Positions 9,104 through 18,634 of a stretch of 29,855 nucleotides of DNA are shown here, piece by piece; within the stretch, counting starts at the first letter, position 1; every line of letters starts with the position of its first letter. Where the stretch lies: IMG/VR virus record IMGVR_UViG_3300033463_000034; one strand, 5' to 3'. Both the position numbers and the translations under genes were made by a program. The notes beneath the pieces are model-generated. The model was given only the letters and a program-made list of their open reading frames with translations. It searched no databases and was not told the origin of the DNA. The DNA is from a virus. Its lineage: Duplodnaviria > Heunggongvirae > Uroviricota > Caudoviricetes.

Positions 9104-10843
9104 TTATCTTATATTTGATTTAACATAATCAAAAACTAATTCTTGGTTATTTATAATTTCTTTTGGTATTGCTACATTAAGTCTTTCAAGTTTATTAAAA
9201 TTAGATAACTCATAAATCATATAATTTGGATTAATTGGATCTTCATATATTCTTTCTAATGCTGTATTAAAATCATCTATTGTAAAATCTTGCTTACCTA
9301 TTATTTTATAAAAAGCTAAATCTTTATTTATTTGGTTTATATTAATACTAGCAGCACTTGATACTATTGTAGGAGGAGTAATTAATCCATTATCAATATC
9401 TATCGGTAAAGATTTTATTGTGTAAGTAACTGCATCTGGAATATCATTATTAGGTTCTTTTTCTTCTTCTTCAATTTCTTCAGGATGGTGTAATTTATAT
9501 AATGGACATTCTGCACAATGTTCTGGATTACATCTTACAACATTATTTTCATATGAATCAAAATCGCCCTCATCTTCTGCATCCCAACAATTTCTATCAT
9601 AACATCTTTCATTTTCATCTAATTCACAAACCATATTATTTCTATTATATGTTGGGCAATTTATACAATCTCCATCACATTCTTCATATTCTTCGGTATA
9701 TTCACAATATGTACCTCTTTCTTCATAATTATCATTAGTATGACCATATCCATTATACCAATAATTATCATCAGATCCTGTTCCTATATATTGATCACCG
9801 CATCCGCATGGACATAATATAGGTTCATTATATACCATTAAATCTCCATATTCTTTTTCATCTTTTATAGCCCATACATTACTATCAGAATATTCACTAT
9901 ATCCATATTGACTATAACAACGAATAGCATTTAAATCAATTCTTTTATTCCAGAAATTTATTTTACTAGTTTTTCCACAAATATAATCTTCAACTTTAGT
10001 TCTTAATAATTTATAAAAATCATCACTTAAATTTCCTTTACCTGGATATATTGTATTAAAATGTACTGCGTTAAAAGTTTTATTAATAGCAATAGTCATT
10101 CTCATCATTTTATATCTAATTTTTTTAAATTCATATTTATCATATAAATCAAATTTACCTTCTTTATTCCAAATATAAGTAATTAATGTTTTATTATCAA
10201 GTACTCCTGCTAAACATCCATCTGCATGACTTTCTTCAAAATCATTTTCAAGTCTATAACAAGATGTCCAATTATAAGGATTTTCACTTGCTAACATTAT
10301 ATCAACTGGATCAATAGATATTGTAAATGTTGCATTTATAGAACTATGTTCCCATACTCTTCCAATAGCAGTAACTAATTCATCAGGAGCTTCTAATTTA
10401 GATTTAAAGAAATGTGTTAAAGATACTCCTTCTATATTATAATTAGGAAATGCTGAATTAATCATTTCTCTATTTGTATAATTAAGATTATTAAGTTGAA
10501 TTTTATTATTTTCAGTAGCTCTAAACATATGTAGCCATGGAAAATAAACAGGATATTCAATACCTAAATTTAAAATTTTTTCTCCATAGTTTTCATTTTC
10601 ATCAATAAAAGTGATAGGCATATCAACTCTTATATCGCCTAAAAAGTCAAATAAATGTTTTTTATTCCTAGCCCATTTTACTAAATAATCTTTTATAACT
10701 TCATCTTTTAAATATTGCAAGTCTATATTTGCATATTGAGCTATACATTTAGTGAAATCAGCAATATTAATTTTATTAATCATATTAATATATTCAGCAC
10801 CTAATTCTTTTATTAAATCATTTCTTTTTAACATATATATCAA
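9104..10843 (-). CDS. 579-aa phage protein with Cys-rich C-terminal region
   Basis: Long ORF; TISIDPVDIMLASENPYNWTSCY motif and clustered Cys (CPCGCG; C..C...C..C). Function not recognised. Confidence 0.8.
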   Translation of the reverse strand: MIYMLKRNDLIKELGAEYINMINKINIADFTKCIAQYANIDLQYLKDEVIKDYLVKWARNKKHLFDFLGDIRVDMPITFIDENENYGEKILNLGIEYPVYFPWLHMFRATENNKIQLNNLNYTNREMINSAFPNYNIEGVSLTHFFKSKLEAPDELVTAIGRVWEHSSINATFTISIDPVDIMLASENPYNWTSCYRLENDFEESHADGCLAGVLDNKTLITYIWNKEGKFDLYDKYEFKKIRYKMMRMTIAINKTFNAVHFNTIYPGKGNLSDDFYKLLRTKVEDYICGKTSKINFWNKRIDLNAIRCYSQYGYSEYSDSNVWAIKDEKEYGDLMVYNEPILCPCGCGDQYIGTGSDDNYWYNGYGHTNDNYEERGTYCEYTEEYEECDGDCINCPTYNRNNMVCELDENERCYDRNCWDAEDEGDFDSYENNVVRCNPEHCAECPLYKLHHPEEIEEEEKEPNNDIPDAVTYTIKSLPIDIDNGLITPPTIVSSAASININQINKDLAFYKIIGKQDFTIDDFNTALERIYEDPINPNYMIYELSNFNKLERLNVAIPKEIINNQELVFDYVKSNIR

Positions 10844-10917
10844 CCCTTTCCATAATTATAATTATCTTTTTGATTTACATATATATTATATAATAATTTT
10901 AATAAAAAATCAACAAA

Positions 10918-11301
10918 TTATTCATTTGTTGAATCTCGATTAATAAATTTTCTATCAAATAGCCCGAATTTGTTTTGAGTTTCCGCAGTAATAAAATATT
11001 GGTCTGTTTTTATTTTATGTGCGGGAATAACAATAGTATAATTAACCCCATATGAATTAATTATAGCTTGTCTATCTAAATAATCATCATATACTTCGTA
11101 TGAACCTTCCCATCTTTCTCCAGATTCATCATAAATATATGAGCCATCTCTATTTTTTTCTTTGATATTTCCATCTAACATAAACATATCTTCAATTTCT
11201 GCTAATGTTTTATGGCGGGAATAAGTATAATAAGTATTAAATGTATATCTTTCATGAACAACTTCTATTACTACCCAATTAGGTTTAAATATTTTTAACA
11301 T
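10918..11301 (-). CDS. hypothetical protein
   Basis: GAAGGAG RBS before ATG 11301. Confidence 0.7.
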   Translation of the reverse strand: MLKIFKPNWVVIEVVHERYTFNTYYTYSRHKTLAEIEDMFMLDGNIKEKNRDGSYIYDESGERWEGSYEVYDDYLDRQAIINSYGVNYTIVIPAHKIKTDQYFITAETQNKFGLFDRKFINRDSTNE

Positions 11302-11302
11302 A

Positions 11303-11494
11303 TTAATTATCTCCTTCATAAATACATTTTTCAAAAAAGCCAAAATAATCAGTAATAGCCTTGCCGCCATTATCTAAACATTTATTCATTCTTTCTTTAG
11401 AATTTGTAATTCCAATTCTAATAGCAAGACCTAATAAAATAATTATAAATAATGCAAATAAAAATTTTAATATTATTAAATTTTCTTCTTTCAT
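11303..11494 (-). CDS. small membrane protein
   Basis: Hydrophobic helix plus CLDNGG...C motif; AAAGGGGA RBS. Confidence 0.65.
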   Translation of the reverse strand: MKEENLIILKFLFALFIIILLGLAIRIGITNSKERMNKCLDNGGKAITDYFGFFEKCIYEGDN

Positions 11495-11570
11495 ATTTAT
11501 TTCCCCTTTCATTTTTTCTATATATATTATATTATAAATAATAAAAAAAATCAATAGAAGTTAATTTTTT

Positions 11571-12776
11571 CTATTGATTATTTCCATATTTTGAAGTAAG
11601 ATAAAAATTTGACACTGCTTTAAAAGAATTTACACCATCATAAGTTCTTAAAACAACTCCTTCTCTGTAATCGCCATCAACAACAGAATCTCCTTCTGCA
11701 TATGCAATCATTTCATCTATGCTATTAGGTAATTTAAAATGTTCATCTAATATAGGTACACAAGGTATTCCATATTGAGCTAAATAATTAACCATTATTC
11801 TTGGATTAAATCTTTGAACTCTACCATCATCATAACCAAATATTAAATTAAACACTTTTAAATCAATAGCTTCCATATGATAATCTCGATTTTGTATACC
11901 TTTTCCAAAAGTTTCTCCTTGAATAGTTACGAATTGTAAATCTTTATCTTTATCTAATATATCTTTTAATACTTCTTCTATATGATATTTTTCAGACATT
12001 TGAGTATAAACATTTGTTTCATAAAAACATTGTTTATCTGCTTTATCAAAACATACATTTCTTGAACATACATAGTATTCATATTTATTGCGGCGGCCTC
12101 GTTTCATAGTAAATGTAGTTGAGGTACCATCTATTTTTTCTGTAACAAACCATTCTGTGTTGTCGGGTGGAAATAATTGAGGTAGGTTTTGAACTCTTTC
12201 CTCATCTGTTTTTACTACCCATTCAGGCCAAAATGATGCTTTAGCGTCATGTCTATTTCCTAAGAATAAAAATAATATTTTTTTACCCCATTTTTTATTA
12301 TATAATTTATTTAAAAATTTATATTTAGTAAATAGTTTAGCATTTCTTTGCTTCATTCTTGCATATTTATTTACTGTTAATTTTCTTTTATTATCATCAG
12401 CAACAGAGTAAACAACACCTAATTCTTTAGTTAAGAAATCTCCAACTTCATATTTATCTTTATCCCAACCAAAATCATCAAAAGACATAAGTAAGCCTTG
12501 TGAAATAAAATTACCACGACCTCCAAATGTATATTTTTGAGTTTTAACTTTATAATGTTTAGAAGCTAAAAAAGCATATTGTTCTGTTTCAGGAACTTTA
12601 CTATCAATTTCAAAATAAACAGCTTTATCTCCTATTTGAAAAGTTCCTTTTCTAGTCATAATTTTCCATCCGCCTACAACAGCCGCTTCACAATTATCTG
12701 AACCAATTATAGGTTCTATTGCATCTATATGAACTATATAACAAAGTTCACGTTCTTTAGTTTTTGGGTTAAGCAT
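11571..12776 (-). CDS. ATP-dependent RNA ligase, DRB0094/Rnl5-like with N-terminal OB domain
   Basis: N-terminal I.AIEPI.GSD.CE.A.VGGW...KG.F..GD.AVYFEIDS; ligase motifs EKIDGTS (I), QGETFG (III), VFNL (IIIa), REGVV (IV), FKAVS (V). Confidence 0.9.
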   Translation of the reverse strand: MLNPKTKERELCYIVHIDAIEPIIGSDNCEAAVVGGWKIMTRKGTFQIGDKAVYFEIDSKVPETEQYAFLASKHYKVKTQKYTFGGRGNFISQGLLMSFDDFGWDKDKYEVGDFLTKELGVVYSVADDNKRKLTVNKYARMKQRNAKLFTKYKFLNKLYNKKWGKKILFLFLGNRHDAKASFWPEWVVKTDEERVQNLPQLFPPDNTEWFVTEKIDGTSTTFTMKRGRRNKYEYYVCSRNVCFDKADKQCFYETNVYTQMSEKYHIEEVLKDILDKDKDLQFVTIQGETFGKGIQNRDYHMEAIDLKVFNLIFGYDDGRVQRFNPRIMVNYLAQYGIPCVPILDEHFKLPNSIDEMIAYAEGDSVVDGDYREGVVLRTYDGVNSFKAVSNFYLTSKYGNNQ

Positions 12777-12792
12777 ATTTATACCTTCTTTC

Positions 12793-13011
12793 TTATTTTA
12801 TTTCTTCATATTCAGTTAATTCAATTTCTACTATATCTTCAAAATCACAATCAGTACATTCATCTTCAAAAAAGTCTGCAATATAATCATGTTTGTTTTC
12901 CATGTACCATTGCCAATTATCAACACCACCTGCATATAAACAATTTAAAATTTCATTATTATATAATAATGTTTTTAATTTTTCTTCACTTATTTTATAA
13001 AACTTTTCCAT
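12793..13011 (-). CDS. hypothetical protein
   Basis: Acidic ORF containing the LYAGGVDNWQWY motif. Confidence 0.75.
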   Translation of the reverse strand: MEKFYKISEEKLKTLLYNNEILNCLYAGGVDNWQWYMENKHDYIADFFEDECTDCDFEDIVEIELTEYEEIK

Positions 13012-13126
13012 AATACATCTTCTTTCTTATTTATATAAATATTATATAATATTTTTAAACAATAGTCAAATAAAAAAGAAATGCGGCGGACCTCGTCTAG
13101 TGTTTCTTAGGATCTGGTCCCGCGCA

Positions 13127-13816
13127 TTATTCTATTTCTATAAAATTATTATATAAGCATCTAAATTTATCATCTAACTGGACATCTGTGTGGTAATGTC
13201 CGAATAACCAATGTTTGAATTGAATATTTTTACTCATTTCTTCTAGTCTATCTTCACTAGTATGATCAACTATATCTTCATCAATCATACCTGCTAAAGT
13301 ACATAAAATGAATTTATTCTTATTAAATACTGAAGTTGGACAACAATGAGTTAAGACATAATCATAATTACCTTTAATTCCTTTTATATCTTCTTTGGTT
13401 ATTTGTTCATCTTTCCACCAAGTAAAATGTTCTTCTCTTCTAAATTTATCTATACTATCAGCTCCACCCATACATAAATATTTTTTACCACATAATTCAA
13501 ATGCGCAACCTCGAGGTAAATAATATATATGTTCAGATATTTTACTTAAACCATTTTCTCCCACTGGTATTTGTTTTAATCTATCAAAATTTTCGTGATT
13601 ACCATCTATAAACATTAAATTTACTTCATAATCTTTTTCATACATTTGAATAAAAGCTTTAGCATCTTTGCCATCTTTTCTCCAATATAATCCCATATCG
13701 CCTAATATAATAATAAAATCTCCATATCCTAATTCATATTTTTCAATAAAATTAATAATAGGATAGAAATCTCCATGCTTGTCTCCAGTAATAAATACTC
13801 TATTCATAATAATCAC
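13127..13816 (-). CDS. calcineurin-like metallophosphoesterase
   Basis: GDKHG, LGD, DGNHENF, THCCP and FGHYH motifs. Confidence 0.92.
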   Translation of the reverse strand: MIIMNRVFITGDKHGDFYPIINFIEKYELGYGDFIIILGDMGLYWRKDGKDAKAFIQMYEKDYEVNLMFIDGNHENFDRLKQIPVGENGLSKISEHIYYLPRGCAFELCGKKYLCMGGADSIDKFRREEHFTWWKDEQITKEDIKGIKGNYDYVLTHCCPTSVFNKNKFILCTLAGMIDEDIVDHTSEDRLEEMSKNIQFKHWLFGHYHTDVQLDDKFRCLYNNFIEIE

Positions 13817-13864
13817 TTTCCTTTCATATATATTATATTATAAAATATTAAAAAATTCAACCAA

Positions 13865-13966
13865 ATAAAAAAGTGCGGCCGAAGCCGCGTGGAAAGGGAT
13901 TGAATAGTAGATGAATTAATTCCCGAAGGAATATAGATATTAAAAATATCTCTTATCTCATCTACA
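13865..13966 (-). ncRNA. candidate ~100-nt sRNA with its own promoter and terminator
   Basis: Promoter TTGACT-17-(TG)TATAAT at 13972-14000; three-way junction; GCGGC-TTCG-GCCGC hairpin plus T run. Confidence 0.65.
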
Positions 13967-14044
13967 ATTATATTATATCAAAAATTTTTAGTTTAGTCAA
14001 AAAAATAAGCAAAAATTTTTGCTTATTTTTAAAAAAGAGTGATA

Positions 14045-15090
14045 ATTAATTTTTTGTATGCCTAACACTGGTACATACTTGACGAAACCCTTTAGTGAAC
14101 CAAGTAGTATTCTCATCCCGAGCACTCGATCATCTTGGTTTATACACTCAATTTCTATAGCGCCAGCTCAGTCCTATCAGCTGCGTATTGTTACTTCCCT
14201 TGACTTGAATTGAGGGGTAGCCGCGAGCACACTGTCGTCTTCCCTCTGGACCCGCTTTTATAATCGCGGTAAATGCGCACAATGCTTCCTTTTACCGTTT
14301 TATAATAAAATTGTAAGGGTAGGCATTTCACCTGTCCAACATATCTATTAGGGTTGCGGAGCCTTTATTAATTTGTTCATTGAGCTGCACGAAACGAATA
14401 CACAATTAAGTTATAATCCCTATAACACCCAACGCAGTGAGTACACCACTGGCGTCCCTACTTCGATACCTCTATTTTCTTTCGTCCGTTTATCTTTCGG
14501 CACTTACAATTTTAAATTAAATAATTCGTCTGAGACATATTTTTCCTAACGAGAGTCATGCATGTGAACTGACAGCTGGATTCTTTATTTAAAGACGCTT
14601 CTCCATTTACTCTCTGTTTGATTATAAGGTATGCCTATGAATAAATTATTACTCGCAAATGAGACTAATAGGGATAAACCACACGCTCGCAAATGAGATT
14701 TACATAATTTATTCATAGCCATATCTTATGATATAGCCCAGTATTCATTACTTTATTTTAGCATCTGAAGTTACTAAAATTCTTGTAATTTTCCTGCTCA
14801 TACTACTTCACTTCAGATTAGGGTTTACCAGCAGCTTTCCCTTTTTATAGAGTTTTTCAAAACTCCTTATAAATAAATTATTGCACGGGCGTCAGAGTTC
14901 TATCGAGAAAAGTCACTGACTAGCTTTTACCTTTTGATAATCTTCATCTCGATTGCTAATTGTATAGATTATCATATCAATAATTTATTTATAATGAGAT
15001 TTGAAATGTTCTCTAATAGACCCGAACCATACAAACAGTCTATGTATATCCCCAATATAGAACGATATAGCTTCCAAGAGTGATAATTAT
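14045..15090 (-). ncRNA. candidate ~1-kb large structured ncRNA
   Basis: No ORF; GC-richer than flanks; promoter 15119-15147; terminator ~14000-14030; 15-bp helix 14704-14718/14635-14649; 11-bp long-range helix 14503-14513/14307-14317; many hairpins. Confidence 0.7.
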
Positions 15091-15158
15091 TTTATATTTA
15101 TTTGTTTTTTCTATAATAATTATATAATAATTTTTATAAAAAATCAATTATAATCAAA

Positions 15159-15235
<77 letters not shown>

Positions 15236-15462
15236 ATATTAAGTCTAGATTTATTCAGCCCTAGACAAGCCCGGTTTCATGTTATTTTTGATAAAGGAGT
15301 TAAAACATCACCGCCGCAATCTCTCCTATATTATATATAAGTGGACTTATTGCCGTAGTTTTTAAAGAGAACCTCTGTTTAAGCATTACCCTGTTCACTT
15401 AGTGGGTTTCACAAACTCTTTATTTTCTTTTTTTTTATTACATTTATATTATATAATAATTT

Positions 15463-16014
15463 TTATAAATTATCAATAAAATTTTCCATTTCTTCAATAG
15501 ACATTACTTGATTTATATTTATAAAAGTTCCTTCTAGAAAATTTATCTTTAAATCAGGTATTTTTAATTTTAAATTATCATATATATAATGATTATATTT
15601 ATTATGAAAATAATAATCATTATTATTATAAGTAAATTTTACTGCATATACTTTTATTAAAAAACAATTTTTAATTTTATTTTTTAATTCTTTTAAATCA
15701 CTATCTTTATCAAAAGTATATATCTTTTGAACTTGAATATATGTAGATAAATTATAATCAGATATTTCATATTGTTGTTCTTTTAATTGATTAATTGTTT
15801 CATATAAAGTTTCATCAATTAAATTATTATTTTTAGAAATACCTAAAATAATTTGATTACCTTGATTATCTATTATAGTATATCTATACTTAATTTTAAT
15901 ATTTTTTAATATTAAACTCAAGCCACTTAATATTAATAATATAATTAATATTTTCTGTAATCTATATCTTTTTCTTTGAATTTGTTTTAAATTAATAGTT
16001 TCCATTTTATTCAT
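15463..16014 (-). CDS. membrane-anchored hypothetical protein
   Basis: GGAAAGG RBS; N-terminal basic plus hydrophobic segment. Confidence 0.55.
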   Translation of the reverse strand: MNKMETINLKQIQRKRYRLQKILIILLILSGLSLILKNIKIKYRYTIIDNQGNQIILGISKNNNLIDETLYETINQLKEQQYEISDYNLSTYIQVQKIYTFDKDSDLKELKNKIKNCFLIKVYAVKFTYNNNDYYFHNKYNHYIYDNLKLKIPDLKINFLEGTFININQVMSIEEMENFIDNL

Positions 16015-16138
16015 CCTTTCCTGAGGTAAAATGGAAGGGGAAATAATTTTCCCCAACCGCTTAATTTAATATATATTTTCTTTGGAAGAAATGAAAATAT
16101 GAAATTGATATTATTTAAAGCATTACAATTTCGCTTTT

Positions 16139-16217
16139 AAGTGCCGCGGTTGGAATTGCACCAACATTATAATAACCTAAAGGTTCTTCAATAGTCTTAC
16201 TATTAAACGACAGCGAC
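16139..16217 (-). ncRNA. tRNA-like element A with extended anticodon arm
   Basis: Acceptor GTCGC(T)G/CGCGGC, D stem GTTT/AGAC, T arm GTTGG-TGCAATT-CCAAC; long arm ending AACC-TTTA-GGTT; no CCA. Confidence 0.6.
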
Positions 16218-16436
16218 ATATGAGTGGGAGGTTTGATAAAGGACAACCTCACCGTAAACCTAATCAGAAATAATTAATTATTAATACAATAGCAATATTG
16301 AATTTTTATAACCTAGGCACTATTGTATTTTCGTAGAGCTCTACTACAGATCGCGGCCTCTGCTAAAACCACTATTTAAGGTTAGCCACCTTTAGAATGA
16401 TAATGAGTTTTAAACGATAACTCACAAACGAACGAC

Positions 16437-16519
16437 TAGTGGCGGAAACAAGAATTGAACTTATACCTTCTAATCTACTTATCATAGAAAAGAAATGCTA
16501 CCTTTACACCATTCACGCC
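16437..16519 (-). ncRNA. tRNA-like element B with extended anticodon arm
   Basis: Acceptor GGCG(T)GAA/TTCCGCC, D loop with GG, T arm ATAAG-TTCAATT-CTTGT; arm TCT-TT-TCTA-TGATAAG-TAGA-TT-AGA; ends ACTA. Confidence 0.65.
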
Positions 16520-16525
16520 ATATAA

Positions 16526-16582
16526 CAAGACAGAGTTATTTCTTAAAGCCAACTAGAAATTAAAAATTGCTGTATCTGTCTT
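16526..16582 (-). ncRNA. ACAGCAA stem-loop motif, copy 1
   Basis: AAGACAGA/TCTGTCTT stem enclosing ACAGCAA, directly after a promoter. Confidence 0.6.
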
Positions 16583-16626
16583 TTCTTATATATATTATAA
16601 AATAATTTTTATAAAAAATCAATTAC

Positions 16627-16703
16627 TGGTGGGTTGTCTGAGATTCGAACTCAGGACCCTTACATTAAAAGTGTAATGCTCTAGCCTACTGAGCTAACAA
16701 CCC
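16627..16703 (-). tRNA. tRNA-Lys(TTT)
   Basis: Cloverleaf; TTACA-CTTTTAA-TGTAA; CCA. Confidence 0.97.
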
Positions 16704-16704
16704 A

Positions 16705-17121
16705 TGGTGGACCTGATGGGACTCGAACCCATGTCTTATATACTTCAATTATTAAAAATCTCATTCTTACCTTACAAGTTTTGTATATATCGTTTTATCT
16801 TATTTCTTTACCATATATAAATCTCAAGAATAAGTTCTTATATATTATAGCTCACAATAGCAAATCTATAAGAAAAATTATACTATGCGGCAATCCTTGC
16901 TAGTTAATACGACTACACTTTTTCTGATTGCTTACTGATACTTATGTAGAAGTTACTTAACTTTACGCGAAAGCTACGCAATTAAATGCGAATAAAGATT
17001 TAACTTTATTAGTAATTTTTGAAAATAAGTTTCCATTTATTTTTATAAGTTGCCTTTTAGATAACTGCCTATCACTTGTATTCTAATACTTAAAATATAT
17101 AATCGAAACCAAAACAAGCCC
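16705..17121 (-). ncRNA. ssrA: tmRNA; tag (A)GNLFSKITNKVKSLFAFNCVAFA*
   Basis: Acceptor GGGCTTG/CAGGTCC with G3-U70; T arm and ACCA end; resume context ATAAAT-GGA; tag ORF 16963-17034 ending in hydrophobic/Ala residues. Confidence 0.93.
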
Positions 17122-17131
17122 AAAATTAAAA

Positions 17132-17206
17132 TGGCGGTTCCAGGGGGAATTGAACCCCCATCTCGACAGTGACAGTGTCGTGTCATAACCACTGGACCAT
17201 GGAACC
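17132..17206 (-). tRNA. tRNA-Asp(GTC)
   Basis: Cloverleaf; CGACA-CTGTCAC-TGTCG. Confidence 0.97.
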
Positions 17207-17213
17207 ATAATAA

Positions 17214-17291
17214 TGGTTGGGATGACAGGATTTGAACCTGCGACCTCGCGCTCCCAAGGCGTGCGCTCTAGCCAAACTGAGCCACATCCCA
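17214..17291 (-). tRNA. tRNA-Pro(TGG)
   Basis: Cloverleaf; loop CTTGGGA; T1-A72. Confidence 0.95.
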
Positions 17292-17294
17292 ATA

Positions 17295-17382
17295 TGGTGG
17301 GGAAGGTGGGACTTGAACCCACACGGAACTAAATTCCAACGGATTTTAAGTCCGTCCTGGCTACCAATTACAGCACTCCCCC
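17295..17382 (-). tRNA. tRNA-Leu(TAA)
   Basis: Type II cloverleaf; loop CTTAAAA. Confidence 0.96.
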
Positions 17383-17391
17383 TAATTATAA

Positions 17392-17468
17392 TGGCGCCTC
17401 AAGTAGGACTCGAACCTACGACCCCTTGATTAACAGTCAAGTGCTCTAACCGACTGAGCTATTGAGGC
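17392..17468 (-). tRNA. tRNA-Asn(GTT)
   Basis: Cloverleaf; loop CTGTTAA; G73. Confidence 0.97.
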
Positions 17469-17476
17469 AAATTAAT

Positions 17477-17552
17477 TGGTGACCCCAGCGGGATTCGAAC
17501 CCACGATGCAACCGTGAAAGGGTTGTGTCTTAAACCACTTGACGATGGGGCC
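17477..17552 (-). tRNA. tRNA-Glu(TTC)
   Basis: Cloverleaf; loop CTTTCAC. Confidence 0.97.
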
Positions 17553-17650
17553 ATGATCGCAGCTTTTTTAATAAAGGAGAAAGCTCCAATATACTCAAAC
17601 TCCTACTTTTCTTTTTTCTATAATAATTATATATTATTTTTTATAAAATT

Positions 17651-17884
17651 TCAAGTTTTTACTTTTTGTTTAGATTTTTCATCTTTTGGTCTTTCTATTG
17701 CTTGATAACCATATTGTTTTAACAAATCATCAAATAAAATTCCAGTATTTGGAATATAAGTTCTATAAGCAAGTTCATATGCAATATGATTTACTGTACT
17801 TTGGTCATTTGCTTTATCTGCTAAAATTAAATGATTTAAAAGGGCAACAGTAGACATTTCTCTTACATTTAAAACATCTTGCAT
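17651..17884 (-). CDS. hypothetical protein (ends at TGA; 8 aa longer if read as Trp)
   Basis: AAAGGAG RBS; the TGA overlaps the -35 box of the next promoter. Confidence 0.65.
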   Translation of the reverse strand: MQDVLNVREMSTVALLNHLILADKANDQSTVNHIAYELAYRTYIPNTGILFDDLLKQYGYQAIERPKDEKSKQKVKT

Positions 17885-17915
17885 ATTAATTCTCCTTTTA
17901 TTCTAATTAATTTTT

Positions 17916-18000
17916 TGGTGCGGGAAGCAGGACTTGAACCTGCACGAGCTAAGCTCACCAGTTTCTAAGACTGGAACGGCTACCATTACGCCATTCCCGC
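17916..18000 (-). tRNA. tRNA-Leu(TAG)
   Basis: Type II cloverleaf; loop CTTAGAA. Confidence 0.96.
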
Positions 18001-18003
18001 ATA

Positions 18004-18092
18004 TGGCGGAGAGTTAGGGACTCGAACCCTAAAGCCAGTTACCTGACCAACGGTTTTCAAGACCGCCCGACTACCAATTATCACAACTCTCC
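18004..18092 (-). tRNA. tRNA-Ser(TGA)
   Basis: Type II cloverleaf; loop CTTGAAA; G73. Confidence 0.96.
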
Positions 18093-18103
18093 AAAATTAT
18101 TTA

Positions 18104-18180
<77 letters not shown>

Positions 18181-18184
18181 ATAA

Positions 18185-18270
18185 TGGTGGGCAGGGATGG
18201 ATTTGAACCACCGTAGACCGAAGTCAAGGGATTTACAGTCCCCCGCAATTGACCGCTCTGCCACCTACCC
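18185..18270 (-). tRNA. tRNA-Tyr(GTA)
   Basis: Type II cloverleaf; loop CTGTAAA. Confidence 0.97.
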
Positions 18271-18283
18271 AATTAGAATAATG

Positions 18284-18634
18284 TTATTTATAATATACTG
18301 CATCATACATAGGTGCAAATTGTTTAATATGATTATGAGTTAAAATACCTAATATTTTTTCAGTTCCATCTATTTGTTTTATATAAATATTTGCTATATC
18401 AGTTGTTAAAGCAGACCTTCCTTTTGGAGAGGTCATATATTTAGCAGTTTCTTCTAATTCTTTCATATTAGTTGTATTAATTTCTACGAACCCCATTTTA
18501 CTACGAATAATAAATATTGGTTTACCATTCTCTATTTTTGGTTTAGTATCCATAATACTTCCACACCATCGTATATGATATTCTTCATGAATATCAGTTA
18601 TAATTAAATGAGTTTTAACTAATATTTCATTCAT
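18284..18634 (-). CDS. hypothetical protein
   Basis: Open frame coupled to the upstream ORF; AAGGAG RBS. Confidence 0.75.
   Translation of the reverse strand: MNEILVKTHLIITDIHEEYHIRWCGSIMDTKPKIENGKPIFIIRSKMGFVEINTTNMKELEETAKYMTSPKGRSALTTDIANIYIKQIDGTEKILGILTHNHIKQFAPMYDAVYYK

Noticed and set aside
14045-15090. Group I or group II intron, or rRNA fragment
   Set aside because: No interrupted host gene, no recognisable P7 or domain V consensus, no rRNA signature.
17627-17653. TGA at 17651-17653 as evidence for or against recoding
   Set aside because: Readthrough adds only 8 residues and the codon doubles as a promoter -35 box, so it is uninformative.
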